Program-made: the position numbers and the translations under genes
The notes under the pieces: model-generated
What the model was told of the DNA's origin: nothing
Databases searched by the model: none
What the model saw: only the letters and a program-made list of their open reading frames with translations
Shown: one piece after another, positions 39,955-50,236 of the stretch
Layout: the number at the start of each line of letters is the position of its first letter
Numbering within the stretch: the first letter of the stretch is position 1
NCBI GenBank assembly: GCA_963729625.1
Contig: CAVSOU010000008.1
Coordinates: forward strand, 672,001 to 736,000
DNA: 64,000 nucleotides
Source: an uncultured bacterium
Lineage (GTDB): Bacteria > Chloroflexota > UBA5177 > JANWHV01
Reading direction: 5' to 3'

Positions 39955-42183
39955 CTAGCTTACCTTGAGCGTTGCCACGGAATCACTGAGTTCCTCGGTC
40001 AGCTCGCGCAGATGAACCGCATCCGCGGCAGAGGCTGCCGTATGTGTCGACGTCTGCACCGAGATCTGGTTCAACGTACCCATCATGTCGGCGACATGAG
40101 CGGCCATAGCGGCCTGCTGCCTGCTAGCGCCGGCGATGAATATGTTAAGATCCGCCAGCCGCTGCACTACACGGTAGATGGTATCGAAATTCTCGCCCGC
40201 GGAGTTCACGGCTCGAGACACGTTTCCGACCTCTTGCGCGACATCCTCGATAGCGGCAACCACGTGCGAAGTCTCGCGCTGCGTGTTCTCGATCACTGTC
40301 TGGATCTGGCGCAGCGCCTCCTGAGACTGTTGAGCGAGTTGCTCAATGGAGTCGGCGACCGTTCGGAAGATGCCGCCACTGTCGGCAAAGCGAGCGGCTT
40401 CAATCGAGGCGTTGCCCGCGATCATGTGGAGCTCCTCGGTGTTGTGCTGTACGAGCAGTAGCGCATTTCCCATGAGCTGAGCGCTCTCCCCCAGGCTCTT
40501 CACTTCGCGTGCTGCTTTCTTGGACGTCTCGGAGGTGCGCCGCACGGCTTCGCGCGCCGTGGTTACCGCGCCATTCCCACTGTTTACGGCTTCCACCGCC
40601 TGGCCGGCAACATCAGTGGCCGAGCGCGTTCGTTGGCTGACGGTCTCAGCGGATTCGGCCATCTCAGCGATTGCCTCGGCGCTCGAGGTGAGCTGTTCAG
40701 CCTGTCGCCGCGCCTCCTGGGAGACCTGGCTGATAGTCTGCGCTATCTTCGATGTGTGCACACTGACCGTGTTCGTAGTAACCTGGATGCGCTTCACCGT
40801 GCTCTTGAACCGATCGAGCAGAATACCGACCGAATCGGCCACTGCCCCGAGCGATCCTTCGCTCATAGTCGGCTTGACGGTGAGATCGCCGCTCGCGGCC
40901 TCTGACAGCTCGGTGAACAGCTGAATGACGCCATTCTCAAGGTCGGCCCGCTGATTATCGAGATCCCGGACCAGTGCTTGCGTCCGACCGATGAGCATGT
41001 CGACCGTGGCTGCTATCTGCCCAATCTCATCGTGCTGGTTGACGTCCGTTCGGACGCCGAAGTTTCCTGCCCGCACCATCGCCAGGGCACGAGCGACACT
41101 CTCAAGAGGACGTGCCAGCTGTCGCGTGAACCAGACCGCTGTGGCGATCACCAGTAGAGCGAGCACTCCGAGTGCCGCGGTGAGCCATACGCTATCCAGA
41201 GCGCCCTCTGGCGAATAGTAGTTTGGCGCCACGAGCACGATGTCCCCACCACTATCAGGGTCGCCGGGAATCGTCCGCGACGCCCAGGAGCCGTTTGCAA
41301 GCTGAATCGGCTGGGCGGACGTGAGAGCGGCAAATGCCGCCTCTGCCTTGGCTGAAACAGGCGGATTGCCTCCCACGATGGTGACTGGCCCACCGGCCGG
41401 AAGTGTGCTGCCCACTATCGCGCGGCCGTCGGCAGCAAGCAGCGTGTCGGCCACGATAGGACTGCCGCTGCCCTTGTTCAGCGCAAGAAGCAGGCTTGCG
41501 GCATCGAACTCCCCGACGACAGCACCCAGCAGAGCCTTGCCGCGCATGAGCGGCACCGCAACGGAGAGCGTCGGCTTGACCCCTGCAAGCGGTTTCCCCA
41601 ATACTGCCACGGGCTCATGCCCTTCCATGGCTTTACTCGCGGCGGGAACACCATGTGCCGAGTGGCCGACGAGGGACGGTTGTGTGGAGGCGGCGACTCT
41701 CCCGGCAGGAGTGACAATGTACACCGTCTCCTCCTGGATCGGCGTCAGCGACGGGAAGCTCGCCGTGACGTGCCCCTTGATCGCTGCTTGAGCGATCCGC
41801 AGAACGGGTTTGCTGCCGGCCATCGCCTGCATGGTAGTCACGTCAGCACCGACGATGTTGCCAACTATCGCCGCGGTTGACGCCGTTTGGTTCTGGAGCT
41901 CTGTCGCCTCGTCAGCGCGGATCACGCTGTCGGCGTGGCGAGCTATGAGTATGGCCGTCAACAGAAGCGGCACGATGCCGAGCACTATGATGCCAAGGTT
42001 AGCCTTAATGCGGAATGGCCAATTGCGCGGAACGAGCCACTGCTCGAGCGTCTCACGCCTGGCGGCAGCTTGCGCCAACGCCTCATCTGCTAGGCGTTGC
42101 ATACGAGCCTCATGTTGTGGAGAATCGGCCCGGCTGTCGAAGAATGGTCCGATCATTTTGCCAATACGATCCTCGCTACTCAT
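39955..42183 (-). CDS. Methyl-accepting chemotaxis protein, PilJ-like (TM, Cache-like, TM, HAMP, MA)
   Basis: Two TMs, RPL...DEIGQIA HAMP, AASGDLTVK, IAGNASIEAAR. Confidence 0.92.
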   Translation of the reverse strand: MSSEDRIGKMIGPFFDSRADSPQHEARMQRLADEALAQAAARRETLEQWLVPRNWPFRIKANLGIIVLGIVPLLLTAILIARHADSVIRADEATELQNQTASTAAIVGNIVGADVTTMQAMAGSKPVLRIAQAAIKGHVTASFPSLTPIQEETVYIVTPAGRVAASTQPSLVGHSAHGVPAASKAMEGHEPVAVLGKPLAGVKPTLSVAVPLMRGKALLGAVVGEFDAASLLLALNKGSGSPIVADTLLAADGRAIVGSTLPAGGPVTIVGGNPPVSAKAEAAFAALTSAQPIQLANGSWASRTIPGDPDSGGDIVLVAPNYYSPEGALDSVWLTAALGVLALLVIATAVWFTRQLARPLESVARALAMVRAGNFGVRTDVNQHDEIGQIAATVDMLIGRTQALVRDLDNQRADLENGVIQLFTELSEAASGDLTVKPTMSEGSLGAVADSVGILLDRFKSTVKRIQVTTNTVSVHTSKIAQTISQVSQEARRQAEQLTSSAEAIAEMAESAETVSQRTRSATDVAGQAVEAVNSGNGAVTTAREAVRRTSETSKKAAREVKSLGESAQLMGNALLLVQHNTEELHMIAGNASIEAARFADSGGIFRTVADSIEQLAQQSQEALRQIQTVIENTQRETSHVVAAIEDVAQEVGNVSRAVNSAGENFDTIYRVVQRLADLNIFIAGASRQQAAMAAHVADMMGTLNQISVQTSTHTAASAADAVHLRELTEELSDSVATLKVS

Positions 42184-42653
42184 GAGGAATAGGCCTGCTT
42201 GCCGAGCTGCTCGGCCACGAATCGAATCACAGCAGCCCCGTCGAGCACAGCCACCGAACGCTCGTCCAGCGTCGCCTCCCTGATAGCAAAGGGGGTGCTC
42301 TCATCGGCCGAAACCGCGCCACCCGGTCGCAGATAGCGAACCCCGATCTCCGTATCCACCAGCAATCCGAGCTGAATAGGCCCGTGCTCGAGAAAGATCA
42401 GCCGGCTGTCGGAACCTGGCGTTGACGGGCCAAAACCGAGTATCTGGCCGAGATCGACAGCCATCTGTACTGTGCCACGGACATTCAACAGCCCAAGCGA
42501 CCATGGCGGCAGACCGGGAATTGAGCTGGCGCCGGCGAACCGCTGCAGCCAGGGAAGCAACGTGGCAGCACCGCCCTGCTCGAATGCGAAGAGTCGCGTG
42601 CGGATCGAGAAGACGACGGCCGGGACGGTCTGTTCGGCAACTTTGTTGGTCAT
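42180..42653 (-). CDS. cheW: CheW-like adaptor
   Basis: IPGLPPWSLGLLNVRG...DLGQILG...GLLVD; overlaps MCP start (ATGA). Confidence 0.88.
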   Translation of the reverse strand: MTNKVAEQTVPAVVFSIRTRLFAFEQGGAATLLPWLQRFAGASSIPGLPPWSLGLLNVRGTVQMAVDLGQILGFGPSTPGSDSRLIFLEHGPIQLGLLVDTEIGVRYLRPGGAVSADESTPFAIREATLDERSVAVLDGAAVIRFVAEQLGKQAYSS

Positions 42654-42938
42654 CGGCAGTATTCTCCGAAACAGGGCGGCAGCTGGATCATCATACGCCC
42701 AACGCGCCACATCACCGGTTTGGGTGGATGACCAACCCACAAGTTTGCCTCAGCCCTTCCATGGCCACCGCGAGCCCGGGCAGAATGGTATGCAATATGC
42801 CGTCAAGGCAACGCGATAGGCGATTGCGACGTGCGGACAACCCTGATTGTAGGATGCGGTACTGGCCAGAGATATGGGCCATTTGGGCTAGTTCCCGCCC
42901 GTTGAGCCCGACCCTGTAGGTCCTGCATCGTGCTGCTA

Positions 42939-42967
42939 TTGACATAGCGTATCCGGAGCAATACCGT
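42939..42967 (+). promoter_or_regulatory. Sigma70-type promoter for the TPR gene
   Basis: TTGACA-N17-TACCGT upstream of GGGAGGG SD and ATG 43032. Confidence 0.6.
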
Positions 42968-43031
42968 GTCTACAGTCGAGTCACATCACGTGGAGCGGCC
43001 ACGAGTCATGATGCGGCGGGAGGGAATCGTC

Positions 43032-45068
43032 ATGGTGGATGCAGCTCGGATCGGCGGATCGGTCCCAAGTTATCAGCACAGTCTCCCGCTGCTTGGCCAG
43101 TTTCTCAATCAGCAGCAGGGTTCACGCGCGGTGATAGCCGAGGTGGACACAGGGTTCCTGATCATCTATTTCAAAGGCAATCGCTGGACGAATCCGATGA
43201 CCCTGACGGTCCATCATTGCGACCTGCTGGATCTGCATGGCGCGTTCGAGGGTAGCACTGCCGGTAGGCCGGGCGTGTTGCTGCGGGGTGGGGACAAACG
43301 GAACAGGAAGCACGCAGCCTGTCCCATGGGGTACGACGTGTTCTTCCGTGCCGTGGGCGACCGCCTGCAACGCCGCCGTGCCGCCGGCCTTACGATTTGC
43401 GATACAGGGCAGGTTCTATATGTCAGCTACTGGATAGATAAGGCAACGTTTGTCGTTCGTGAAGGACGCAGACGGGCGGTCTCGTCTCTTCAGCTCGAGA
43501 CGTACGATGCCGAGGCGGTGAAGCAACTGCTGAAATCGACGGCGGAAGTGCAAGCTCGCGAGATGACGCGCTACGAGCTGGGCCTCAAGCTTAACCCAAA
43601 TGACCACATCACCATGCTCGAAGCGGCCACGCTCTTGGAGGCTGACGGCAACTACCGGGAGGCCGAAGCGCTGCTGGCACGGATTGTGGCGGCGGTCCCA
43701 AGGCATCCAGAGGCCTACTATCACATTGCCAGGCTGGCCCTCGTGCGCGGAGACAGACGGGCCGCGCTTTCGGCAGCGAAGAAGAGTGTTGCGTTGCGGC
43801 CCGACGACCCGGCAGTAGCCGATCTTTACGGTCGCGTGCTCCATCAATCGAACAAGAACAAGGAAGCGGTTGCAGCTCTTCAGCGGGCGCTTGAGCTGGA
43901 TCCCGAGAACGGGCTCTATCACTATCACTTGGCCGGGGTGTATGAGACACTTGGTCGGCCTGAAGACGCGGAAGCGGAAATGACATTGAGTGCTGTCCAA
44001 CTTGCCGCTCCGTCCTGGGACATGGTGCAGGAAGATATCGAAGAGATCGAGATTCGGCCGCAGGTTCCGGCGCTTCAAATGGAAAGGCTGCCGGCTGAGT
44101 CTGCCTTGTTGCCGCCAGCTCCCGACGGGGTGGTGTTGCCCGAGCCCATGACAGTGCCGACGATGACGACAACATTCGAGCCTGCATTGAGCGCCTGGCC
44201 TTCCAGTACCGCCGCTCATGATCATCCGGCCGAGGCGATCGCTGGACATGGACAGCCAACCGAGGCGATCGCTGGACAGCCGGCCGCGCCGAAGCTGACG
44301 CCCTTTCCGGAAGCTGCCGCGCCGCCGTTGGCTGCCTCGGCCCAGGAAGACGCCCTGCCACTCACTCTGGAGCAGCGTCTCAGGCTCGCAAGGGAGGCGC
44401 CGTTTCAATCTACAAGCAGAGTTTCGCGACCTGCTTCTCAGCCCTTACTCCGCCGCCCAACCACACAGTCTCTCAACACGCCGCCCGTGGAAGTCTCGTT
44501 GGGGGACGTGCCTCCCATGGAAGAAGCCGTTCCGCCGGCACCGAGCCTGCAGCGACCGGGACCCATGGCGCCGCAGGCGCGGCACCTGGCATCGACGGCG
44601 CCCCTGACGCCGGATCGGAGCCCGTCATCCGTGCCGCCTGCCAGCGTCGCGCCCTCGCCGCCGGCAATGCCGAGCGGGCAGCCGGCCCCGTCTCCGGCGG
44701 GCCTGCCACCGGGCGAAGATGCGGCTACCGCGACAGCGCGCGAAGACATCGCGGGAGCGATCTCCGGATCACAGGCGCCGTCGACGGCCTCGGCGCCCGT
44801 CGGAGAGATTGCCGAGCCTGCTCGGATGGCGGTTATCGACGCGAGACCCCGCTCAGCTCCGGCACAGCCGCGTCGCCCTGACGAGCTCGACGCGAGCGCC
44901 GTCGAGCTCGCGGCTGACATCCTCGCCGCGCAGCGCGCGGTAGCAGCTGATCCCAACCGGGCCGACCTGCATCGGAAGCTCGGATTCCTGCTTGCACGCC
45001 AGGGAAAGACGAGCGAGGCGGCAGAGGAATTTCGAAAAGCGCTGCAGGTGAGCCGCACGACGTTGTGA
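43032..45068 (+). CDS. TPR protein: duplicated N-terminal module, TPR block, Pro/Ala-rich linker, C-terminal TPR
   Basis: PEAYYHIA, ALQRALELDPENGLYHYHLA, ADPNRADLHRKLG...EAAEEFRKAL. Confidence 0.88.
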   Translation: MVDAARIGGSVPSYQHSLPLLGQFLNQQQGSRAVIAEVDTGFLIIYFKGNRWTNPMTLTVHHCDLLDLHGAFEGSTAGRPGVLLRGGDKRNRKHAACPMGYDVFFRAVGDRLQRRRAAGLTICDTGQVLYVSYWIDKATFVVREGRRRAVSSLQLETYDAEAVKQLLKSTAEVQAREMTRYELGLKLNPNDHITMLEAATLLEADGNYREAEALLARIVAAVPRHPEAYYHIARLALVRGDRRAALSAAKKSVALRPDDPAVADLYGRVLHQSNKNKEAVAALQRALELDPENGLYHYHLAGVYETLGRPEDAEAEMTLSAVQLAAPSWDMVQEDIEEIEIRPQVPALQMERLPAESALLPPAPDGVVLPEPMTVPTMTTTFEPALSAWPSSTAAHDHPAEAIAGHGQPTEAIAGQPAAPKLTPFPEAAAPPLAASAQEDALPLTLEQRLRLAREAPFQSTSRVSRPASQPLLRRPTTQSLNTPPVEVSLGDVPPMEEAVPPAPSLQRPGPMAPQARHLASTAPLTPDRSPSSVPPASVAPSPPAMPSGQPAPSPAGLPPGEDAATATAREDIAGAISGSQAPSTASAPVGEIAEPARMAVIDARPRSAPAQPRRPDELDASAVELAADILAAQRAVAADPNRADLHRKLGFLLARQGKTSEAAEEFRKALQVSRTTL

Positions 45069-45249
45069 CCTGACAGGCAACAGACACCGGAACGGCCTGA
45101 GTAAGGTCTCGCCAGCCGTGGCCGGGTACGCGGGAGAGTGGGTAATCGGTCACGGCAGGCTCACGGTCCCTGAAGGGGTAGACGACTGTGTGCGGACCCT
45201 GGATACCGGCAACATGTCACACGCCGTCGGCCACCGCTAGCCTCGGCAG

Positions 45250-45933
45250 CTAGCGACGCCGCTGCTCGAAGACCGGCGATTCAGGAGCGACAGATTCTCC
45301 ACCGTGCGACTCCGACTTCTTCAGCGTGCCCTTATCAAGAACAGGCTTTGCGCTGTTCTGGGTCGCCTGCTTGAGTGCTCCCGCCGGCCCAACGTGGACA
45401 TTTGGACGGGTCTCATCCAGGAAGACGCACTCGTCGACATGTCGAGACACGCAAATGTCGTTCACGTAGCCGATGTCCAGGTGCACGCCACGCAGCCGAC
45501 AGCGAAGATCGGCGTTTCGTATTTGCAGGGCGCGGGCGATTGACGACGTCCGGTGGTCGCTAGTGACTTCCTCCGCGCCCTGGTAGAGCTGGAGGTAACT
45601 ACAGATGCGCTTGGACGACGAAGGAGCGGGCCTGAAGGGGCGGGAGGGCTCGATCTGAATGAGCTCGGTTTCGGTGGGCCGGAGGCGCTCGTTGAGCACG
45701 ACGCACTCCGCGCAGTCGCCCTTCTTTTGGCAGCAGGGCTTGAAGCCGGGACGTCGCAAGGCCCAGAGCGTCCAGCAGTCCTGCTGCACGAAGTAGGCGT
45801 AGCACTCCTCGCAGTTGAACTGAATATCTGGAATTGTGCGAACGATCTCCCAACAGTGCCGGGAGCGATTCACGGCACGGTCACGGGGCGGAGGGGCAGA
45901 GGCTTCTCCCCGAATCGCTCTGTCCTCGTGCAT
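45250..45933 (-). CDS. Cys-rich two-CW-domain-like protein with a second four-Cys domain
   Basis: HCWE...CEECYA...DCW...CC...CAEC, then CSYL...CRL...CVS...CVF. Confidence 0.75.
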   Translation of the reverse strand: MHEDRAIRGEASAPPPRDRAVNRSRHCWEIVRTIPDIQFNCEECYAYFVQQDCWTLWALRRPGFKPCCQKKGDCAECVVLNERLRPTETELIQIEPSRPFRPAPSSSKRICSYLQLYQGAEEVTSDHRTSSIARALQIRNADLRCRLRGVHLDIGYVNDICVSRHVDECVFLDETRPNVHVGPAGALKQATQNSAKPVLDKGTLKKSESHGGESVAPESPVFEQRRR

Positions 45934-46133
45934 ATGTATAGAACCCTCGGAATATCGAATGGTCTTGTGAGGCCATTATACGTGATTCGGTCAGGGTGGA
46001 AGATCCAGTTTGCGGACACCGTGCGAGAAGCGTCGCGTGCTTGCGGCCCGGTCGTCAGCGGCTCTATCCAATGACGGAGCGCAATCGGGAGAAGAGTTGC
46101 CGTGATAGCCTCGCATCGCGGATCCTAGAGTCC

Positions 46134-47591
46134 ATGAGTAGCCAGATAGACAATTCTCCGCAGCCCTTGAGCCAGCAGACGCTGGCTGCGTTATCGCACG
46201 AATTTGCTCGATACGAGAAGCACATCTATCTTGTCGGCGGCATCGTGCGCGATCGATTGCTTGGCCGGCCTTCAGCGGACTACGACTTCACCACGGATGC
46301 GGAGCCCGCGGAAACAAAGCGTATCCTGCGCGAGCTCAGCCAGAACGTGTTCCAACCCGGCGAGAAGTACGGCACGGTCTGCGCCGTGCTGGATGGACAT
46401 GAGCTGCAGATCACAACCTTTCGCGGCGATCGATACGCGGCGGGCTCGCGCAAGCCCGATGTGTGGTTTGGAGTATCGCTCGAAGAAGACCTGGCCAGGC
46501 GCGATTTTACCATCAATGCCATGGCTCTGCATATTGGCGCGCGTGGGGATGTCCTGTTGCGCGAGGCAGGGGATGCCCCGACGCGCACGGAGGTCGTCGA
46601 CCCTTTTCACGGGCAGGAAGATCTGGATCAGCGCCTGATCCGCGCCGTCGGCGATCCGTCTGAACGATTCGCGGAGGATCCGCTTCGTCTGCTGCGCGCC
46701 GTACGCCAGGCGACACAGTTTGGCTTCACGATTGAGCCGCGTACGGCAACCGCAATTCTTGAGGCAGCGCGGAGCCTAGAGACCATCAGCCGCGAGCGTA
46801 TCGGTCAGGAGATGGACAAACTGTTGTTGGCAAACGGCCCATCGAACGGCATCCGCCTCCTGGGCGAACTCGGCTTGCTGCCCTATACGATTCCCGAGCT
46901 GCTGCCGATGGTGGGAATGCAGCAGCAGCCTGGTCGCAGGCACAAAGACATCTTCGGGCACGTCATGCAAGTGCTGGATAAGACACCGGCAACGCGCGAG
47001 CTGCGCTGGGCAGGACTGCTGCACGACATCGCCAAGCCGGAGACCATGCGGGTCATCGACGGTGAGGTCCATTTCTTTGGCCACGAGGTGATAGGAGCAC
47101 GCGTAGCGGAAAAGGTGCTGACGCGCCTCAAGTTTGACCACGTGCTGGTCGAGGCAGTCACAGCGCTCGTGTTGCAGCACATGCGCATCAACACCTACAG
47201 TGACTGGAGCGACGGTGCGGTGCGCCGCTTCATGCGAGACGCCGGCCCGTACCTCGATAACCTGTTCGCCCTGTCACGAGCAGATATCACCAGCCATCGG
47301 CACGAACGAGTGCGCACGGTTCTCAAGGCTGTAGATAGCCTGGAGGTACGCTGTCGCGAGCTCGAGGCGCAGGCAGAGATCGCCAAGATGCATTCCCCGC
47401 TCGACGGCACCGCGCTGATGGCGCTTACCGGCGGACCGCCTGGACGCTGGATCGCGCGCGTCAAGGACTTCCTGCTGGACCTTGTCCTTGACGGGGATCT
47501 GGAAATGGACGACGCCGAGACTGGAGAGGCCCTGGCTCGTGCTTTCCTGGCCGTGCGCTACGGATGGCCGTCCGGAGACGGGCGCACATGA
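46134..47591 (+). CDS. CCA tRNA nucleotidyltransferase / poly(A) polymerase family, HD domain
   Basis: LVGGIVRD...DYDFTT, EDLARRDFTINAMA, EDPLRLLRA, LLHDIAKP. Confidence 0.95.
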   Translation: MSSQIDNSPQPLSQQTLAALSHEFARYEKHIYLVGGIVRDRLLGRPSADYDFTTDAEPAETKRILRELSQNVFQPGEKYGTVCAVLDGHELQITTFRGDRYAAGSRKPDVWFGVSLEEDLARRDFTINAMALHIGARGDVLLREAGDAPTRTEVVDPFHGQEDLDQRLIRAVGDPSERFAEDPLRLLRAVRQATQFGFTIEPRTATAILEAARSLETISRERIGQEMDKLLLANGPSNGIRLLGELGLLPYTIPELLPMVGMQQQPGRRHKDIFGHVMQVLDKTPATRELRWAGLLHDIAKPETMRVIDGEVHFFGHEVIGARVAEKVLTRLKFDHVLVEAVTALVLQHMRINTYSDWSDGAVRRFMRDAGPYLDNLFALSRADITSHRHERVRTVLKAVDSLEVRCRELEAQAEIAKMHSPLDGTALMALTGGPPGRWIARVKDFLLDLVLDGDLEMDDAETGEALARAFLAVRYGWPSGDGRT

Positions 47592-50236
47592 GCCTGGCTA
47601 CTCTGTTTCCAACCTTCGATTTGCTGCGCAAAGTGTTGAGCCTCGAAATCAAGCAGGGGTATCGGAATCGCTCCACCAGTGGTATCGGAATCCAGGCATT
47701 CTTCCGTCTGCAGTTCGAGAAGTATGAATGCGATGACGAAATGTGGTCGACTGTCGAAAGCATACTCTCGTACCTGCGCCGCTATGACCACGCAGCGACT
47801 GTCGAGGAGCGCGAGCGCTTGGTCCAGATCATGCTCAAGAGGCTCGGCGCAACGCAGCGACAACAGGGGGAAAGGCCGTCGTCGTCGAGCGATTCGCTAC
47901 CCGAGGCGACGGCTGCGCGGGGAGCCTCCGGCGAGCGCGCTTCGTCGCCGAACGCGCTGAGGCAGGAAAGCGACGCGGACCCTGTACCGGCGGACGCGGC
48001 GCCCATCGTTACCTGGCCGGGTGCATCAGGCGAGCGCACGACCGTCGCTGAATCCGCGACGCTCGCGGCCACCAGCAACGCGATGGCGACCGCGCTGAAG
48101 GGCACCGCGACGCCTTCGACCAAGCAGGAGCCCCGTCGCTCCAAGCGCGCGGCGGGTTCGGCGGCACTGGTGGCGGCGACATCACTGGACGTGCCGGCAG
48201 CGGCGGTGCTGCACGTGCGCGTACAGGAGCAGCCGCGTCTCGAGCAGCTCGGTATTTCCGACTTGAGGTCGGCAATCGAGTACTGGCCGCGCGATCACTA
48301 CGACTACAGTGCCCCCGTGCGCATCAACCAAATGCGTCCGGACATGCAGGTGACGCTCGTCGGCACGTTGCGTTCGGTCGACACTCGCCGGACGCCGAAT
48401 CGCGGCGTACAGGTGGTGGAGGCGAAAGTTGCCGATCTGACAGGGATGATGACGGTCACGTGGTTCAATCAGGGATTCATGCTCAAGCAGCTCAAGCAAC
48501 ACGTCGGCGAGGTCGTGGCGATCAGCGGCAAAGTGGAAATGTATGGCGGCCGCCTGCAACTGGCGCCTCGCGACGTGGAGTTTCCGGCCGACGACGAAGA
48601 CGGCACGAATACACGCCGCATCGTGCCGGTCTATCCGTCCAGCGAGGGAATCGCACAGCGGTGGATCCGCGGCCTGGTGCGCAAGGCGCTCACGGTTGGC
48701 GGCGAACTGGTAGTGGATCCGCTGCCCGAGCCGATCAGGCGGCGCTTTGGCCTGGTTGACCGGCGTGCCGCCGTCCGGCAGTTTCACTTTCCCGACAGCA
48801 TGGAGAGCAGGGACATCGCCCGCAACCGCCTGGCCCTGGACGAGCTGCTGCTCATCCAGCTTGGCATGCTGCAGAAGAAGCGCCACTGGCAAGGCGACGA
48901 AGCTGGAATCAGCATTCCGATCGACGAAGCCGTGGCCGCACAGTTCAAAGCCGGCTTGCCCTTCACGCTGACGGGCGCGCAGGAGCGGTCGCTGGAGGAA
49001 ATCCTCTCCGACATGGCTCGTCCGGTGCCGATGAGCCGCCTGCTGCAGGGTGACGTAGGGTCCGGCAAGACCGTCGTGGCCGCCGCTGCGCTGCTTGCCT
49101 GCGCCCGCGCCGGCTACCAGGGCGCGATCATGGCTCCTACGGAGATACTGGTTGAACAGCATGCTCGGACGCTCTCCGGCTTGCTCGAGCCGTTTGGCGT
49201 GAAAGTGGCCATGCTTACCGGGAGTATTGCCAAGTCACAGCGGGCCCGCATTTACCTCGAGGCTCTGCAGGGCGGCATCCAGGTGCTGGTTGGAACGCAC
49301 GCGCTGATCCAGGAGGATTTCAGGTTTGGCAAGCTGGGTCTGGCCATCGTCGACGAGCAGCACCGGTTCGGAGTCGTGCAGCGAGCCGTGCTCAAAGGGA
49401 AGGGGTATAACCCGCACTTGCTGGTGATGACGGCAACTCCAATTCCGCGTACGCTCACACTCACTCTCTTCGGCGATCTCGACGTCTCGGTCATCGACGA
49501 GCGGCCGCCGCACAGGCAGCCCGTGGAAACGAGGTGGACACCCGTCGAGCAGCAGGCCTATACCGTGGTGCGAGAGCAGGTACAGCTGGGCCGGCAGGCG
49601 TACATCATTTGCCCGCTGGTCGAGGAGTCCGAAAACCTGGAAGCCAAAGCGGCCGTCGCTGAAGGCAAGCGGCTGCAGGCCAAGGTGTTTGCCGACATGC
49701 ACCTGGAGGTACTGCACGGCAAGATGAAGGCGCAGGACAAAGACGCCGTATTGACCCGTTTCCGCGATGGCGAGATCGACGTGCTCGTGGCAACCTCGGT
49801 GGTGGAAGTTGGCATCGACGTGCCGAACGCGACCGTGATGGTTGTGCAGGACGCGCAGCGATTTGGCCTCGCGCAGCTGCACCAGTTTCGTGGCAGGGTG
49901 GGGCGCGGCGCCGAGAAGTCGTTCTGCGTTCTGCTTGCCGATCCGAACAGCCCGGGCGCCCGCGAGCGGCTCCAGGCGCTGACAATGACCGACGACGGCT
50001 TCAAGCTGGCGGAGGAAGACCTGCGGCTGCGCGGCCCCGGCGAGTTCTGGGGCACGCGCCAGAGCGGGCTGCCGGCGCTGCAGGTTGCTCAGGTCACCGA
50101 CATGCCGACCCTTGCACTGGCACGGCGCGTGGCCGAAACGATCCTGGAGGATGATCCGGACCTGGCAGAGCCGCGCCACGCCATCCTGGCCGCCAGCCTA
50201 AGGCGGTTCTGGGAGCAGGCGGCAGCGCCGAGCTAA
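47588..50236 (+). CDS. recG: ATP-dependent DNA helicase RecG
   Basis: RLLQGDVGSGKT, DEQHRFG, MTATPIPRT, QLHQFRGRVGRG, EEDLRLRGPGE. Confidence 0.97.
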   Translation: MSLATLFPTFDLLRKVLSLEIKQGYRNRSTSGIGIQAFFRLQFEKYECDDEMWSTVESILSYLRRYDHAATVEERERLVQIMLKRLGATQRQQGERPSSSSDSLPEATAARGASGERASSPNALRQESDADPVPADAAPIVTWPGASGERTTVAESATLAATSNAMATALKGTATPSTKQEPRRSKRAAGSAALVAATSLDVPAAAVLHVRVQEQPRLEQLGISDLRSAIEYWPRDHYDYSAPVRINQMRPDMQVTLVGTLRSVDTRRTPNRGVQVVEAKVADLTGMMTVTWFNQGFMLKQLKQHVGEVVAISGKVEMYGGRLQLAPRDVEFPADDEDGTNTRRIVPVYPSSEGIAQRWIRGLVRKALTVGGELVVDPLPEPIRRRFGLVDRRAAVRQFHFPDSMESRDIARNRLALDELLLIQLGMLQKKRHWQGDEAGISIPIDEAVAAQFKAGLPFTLTGAQERSLEEILSDMARPVPMSRLLQGDVGSGKTVVAAAALLACARAGYQGAIMAPTEILVEQHARTLSGLLEPFGVKVAMLTGSIAKSQRARIYLEALQGGIQVLVGTHALIQEDFRFGKLGLAIVDEQHRFGVVQRAVLKGKGYNPHLLVMTATPIPRTLTLTLFGDLDVSVIDERPPHRQPVETRWTPVEQQAYTVVREQVQLGRQAYIICPLVEESENLEAKAAVAEGKRLQAKVFADMHLEVLHGKMKAQDKDAVLTRFRDGEIDVLVATSVVEVGIDVPNATVMVVQDAQRFGLAQLHQFRGRVGRGAEKSFCVLLADPNSPGARERLQALTMTDDGFKLAEEDLRLRGPGEFWGTRQSGLPALQVAQVTDMPTLALARRVAETILEDDPDLAEPRHAILAASLRRFWEQAAAPS

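Noticed and set aside
44230-44278. 19-bp direct repeat in the TPR gene linker
   Set aside because: Two in-frame copies in low-complexity coding sequence; not CRISPR-like
47588-48180. N-terminal extension of RecG
   Set aside because: A similar helical extension plus linker is a known feature of RecG in some lineages
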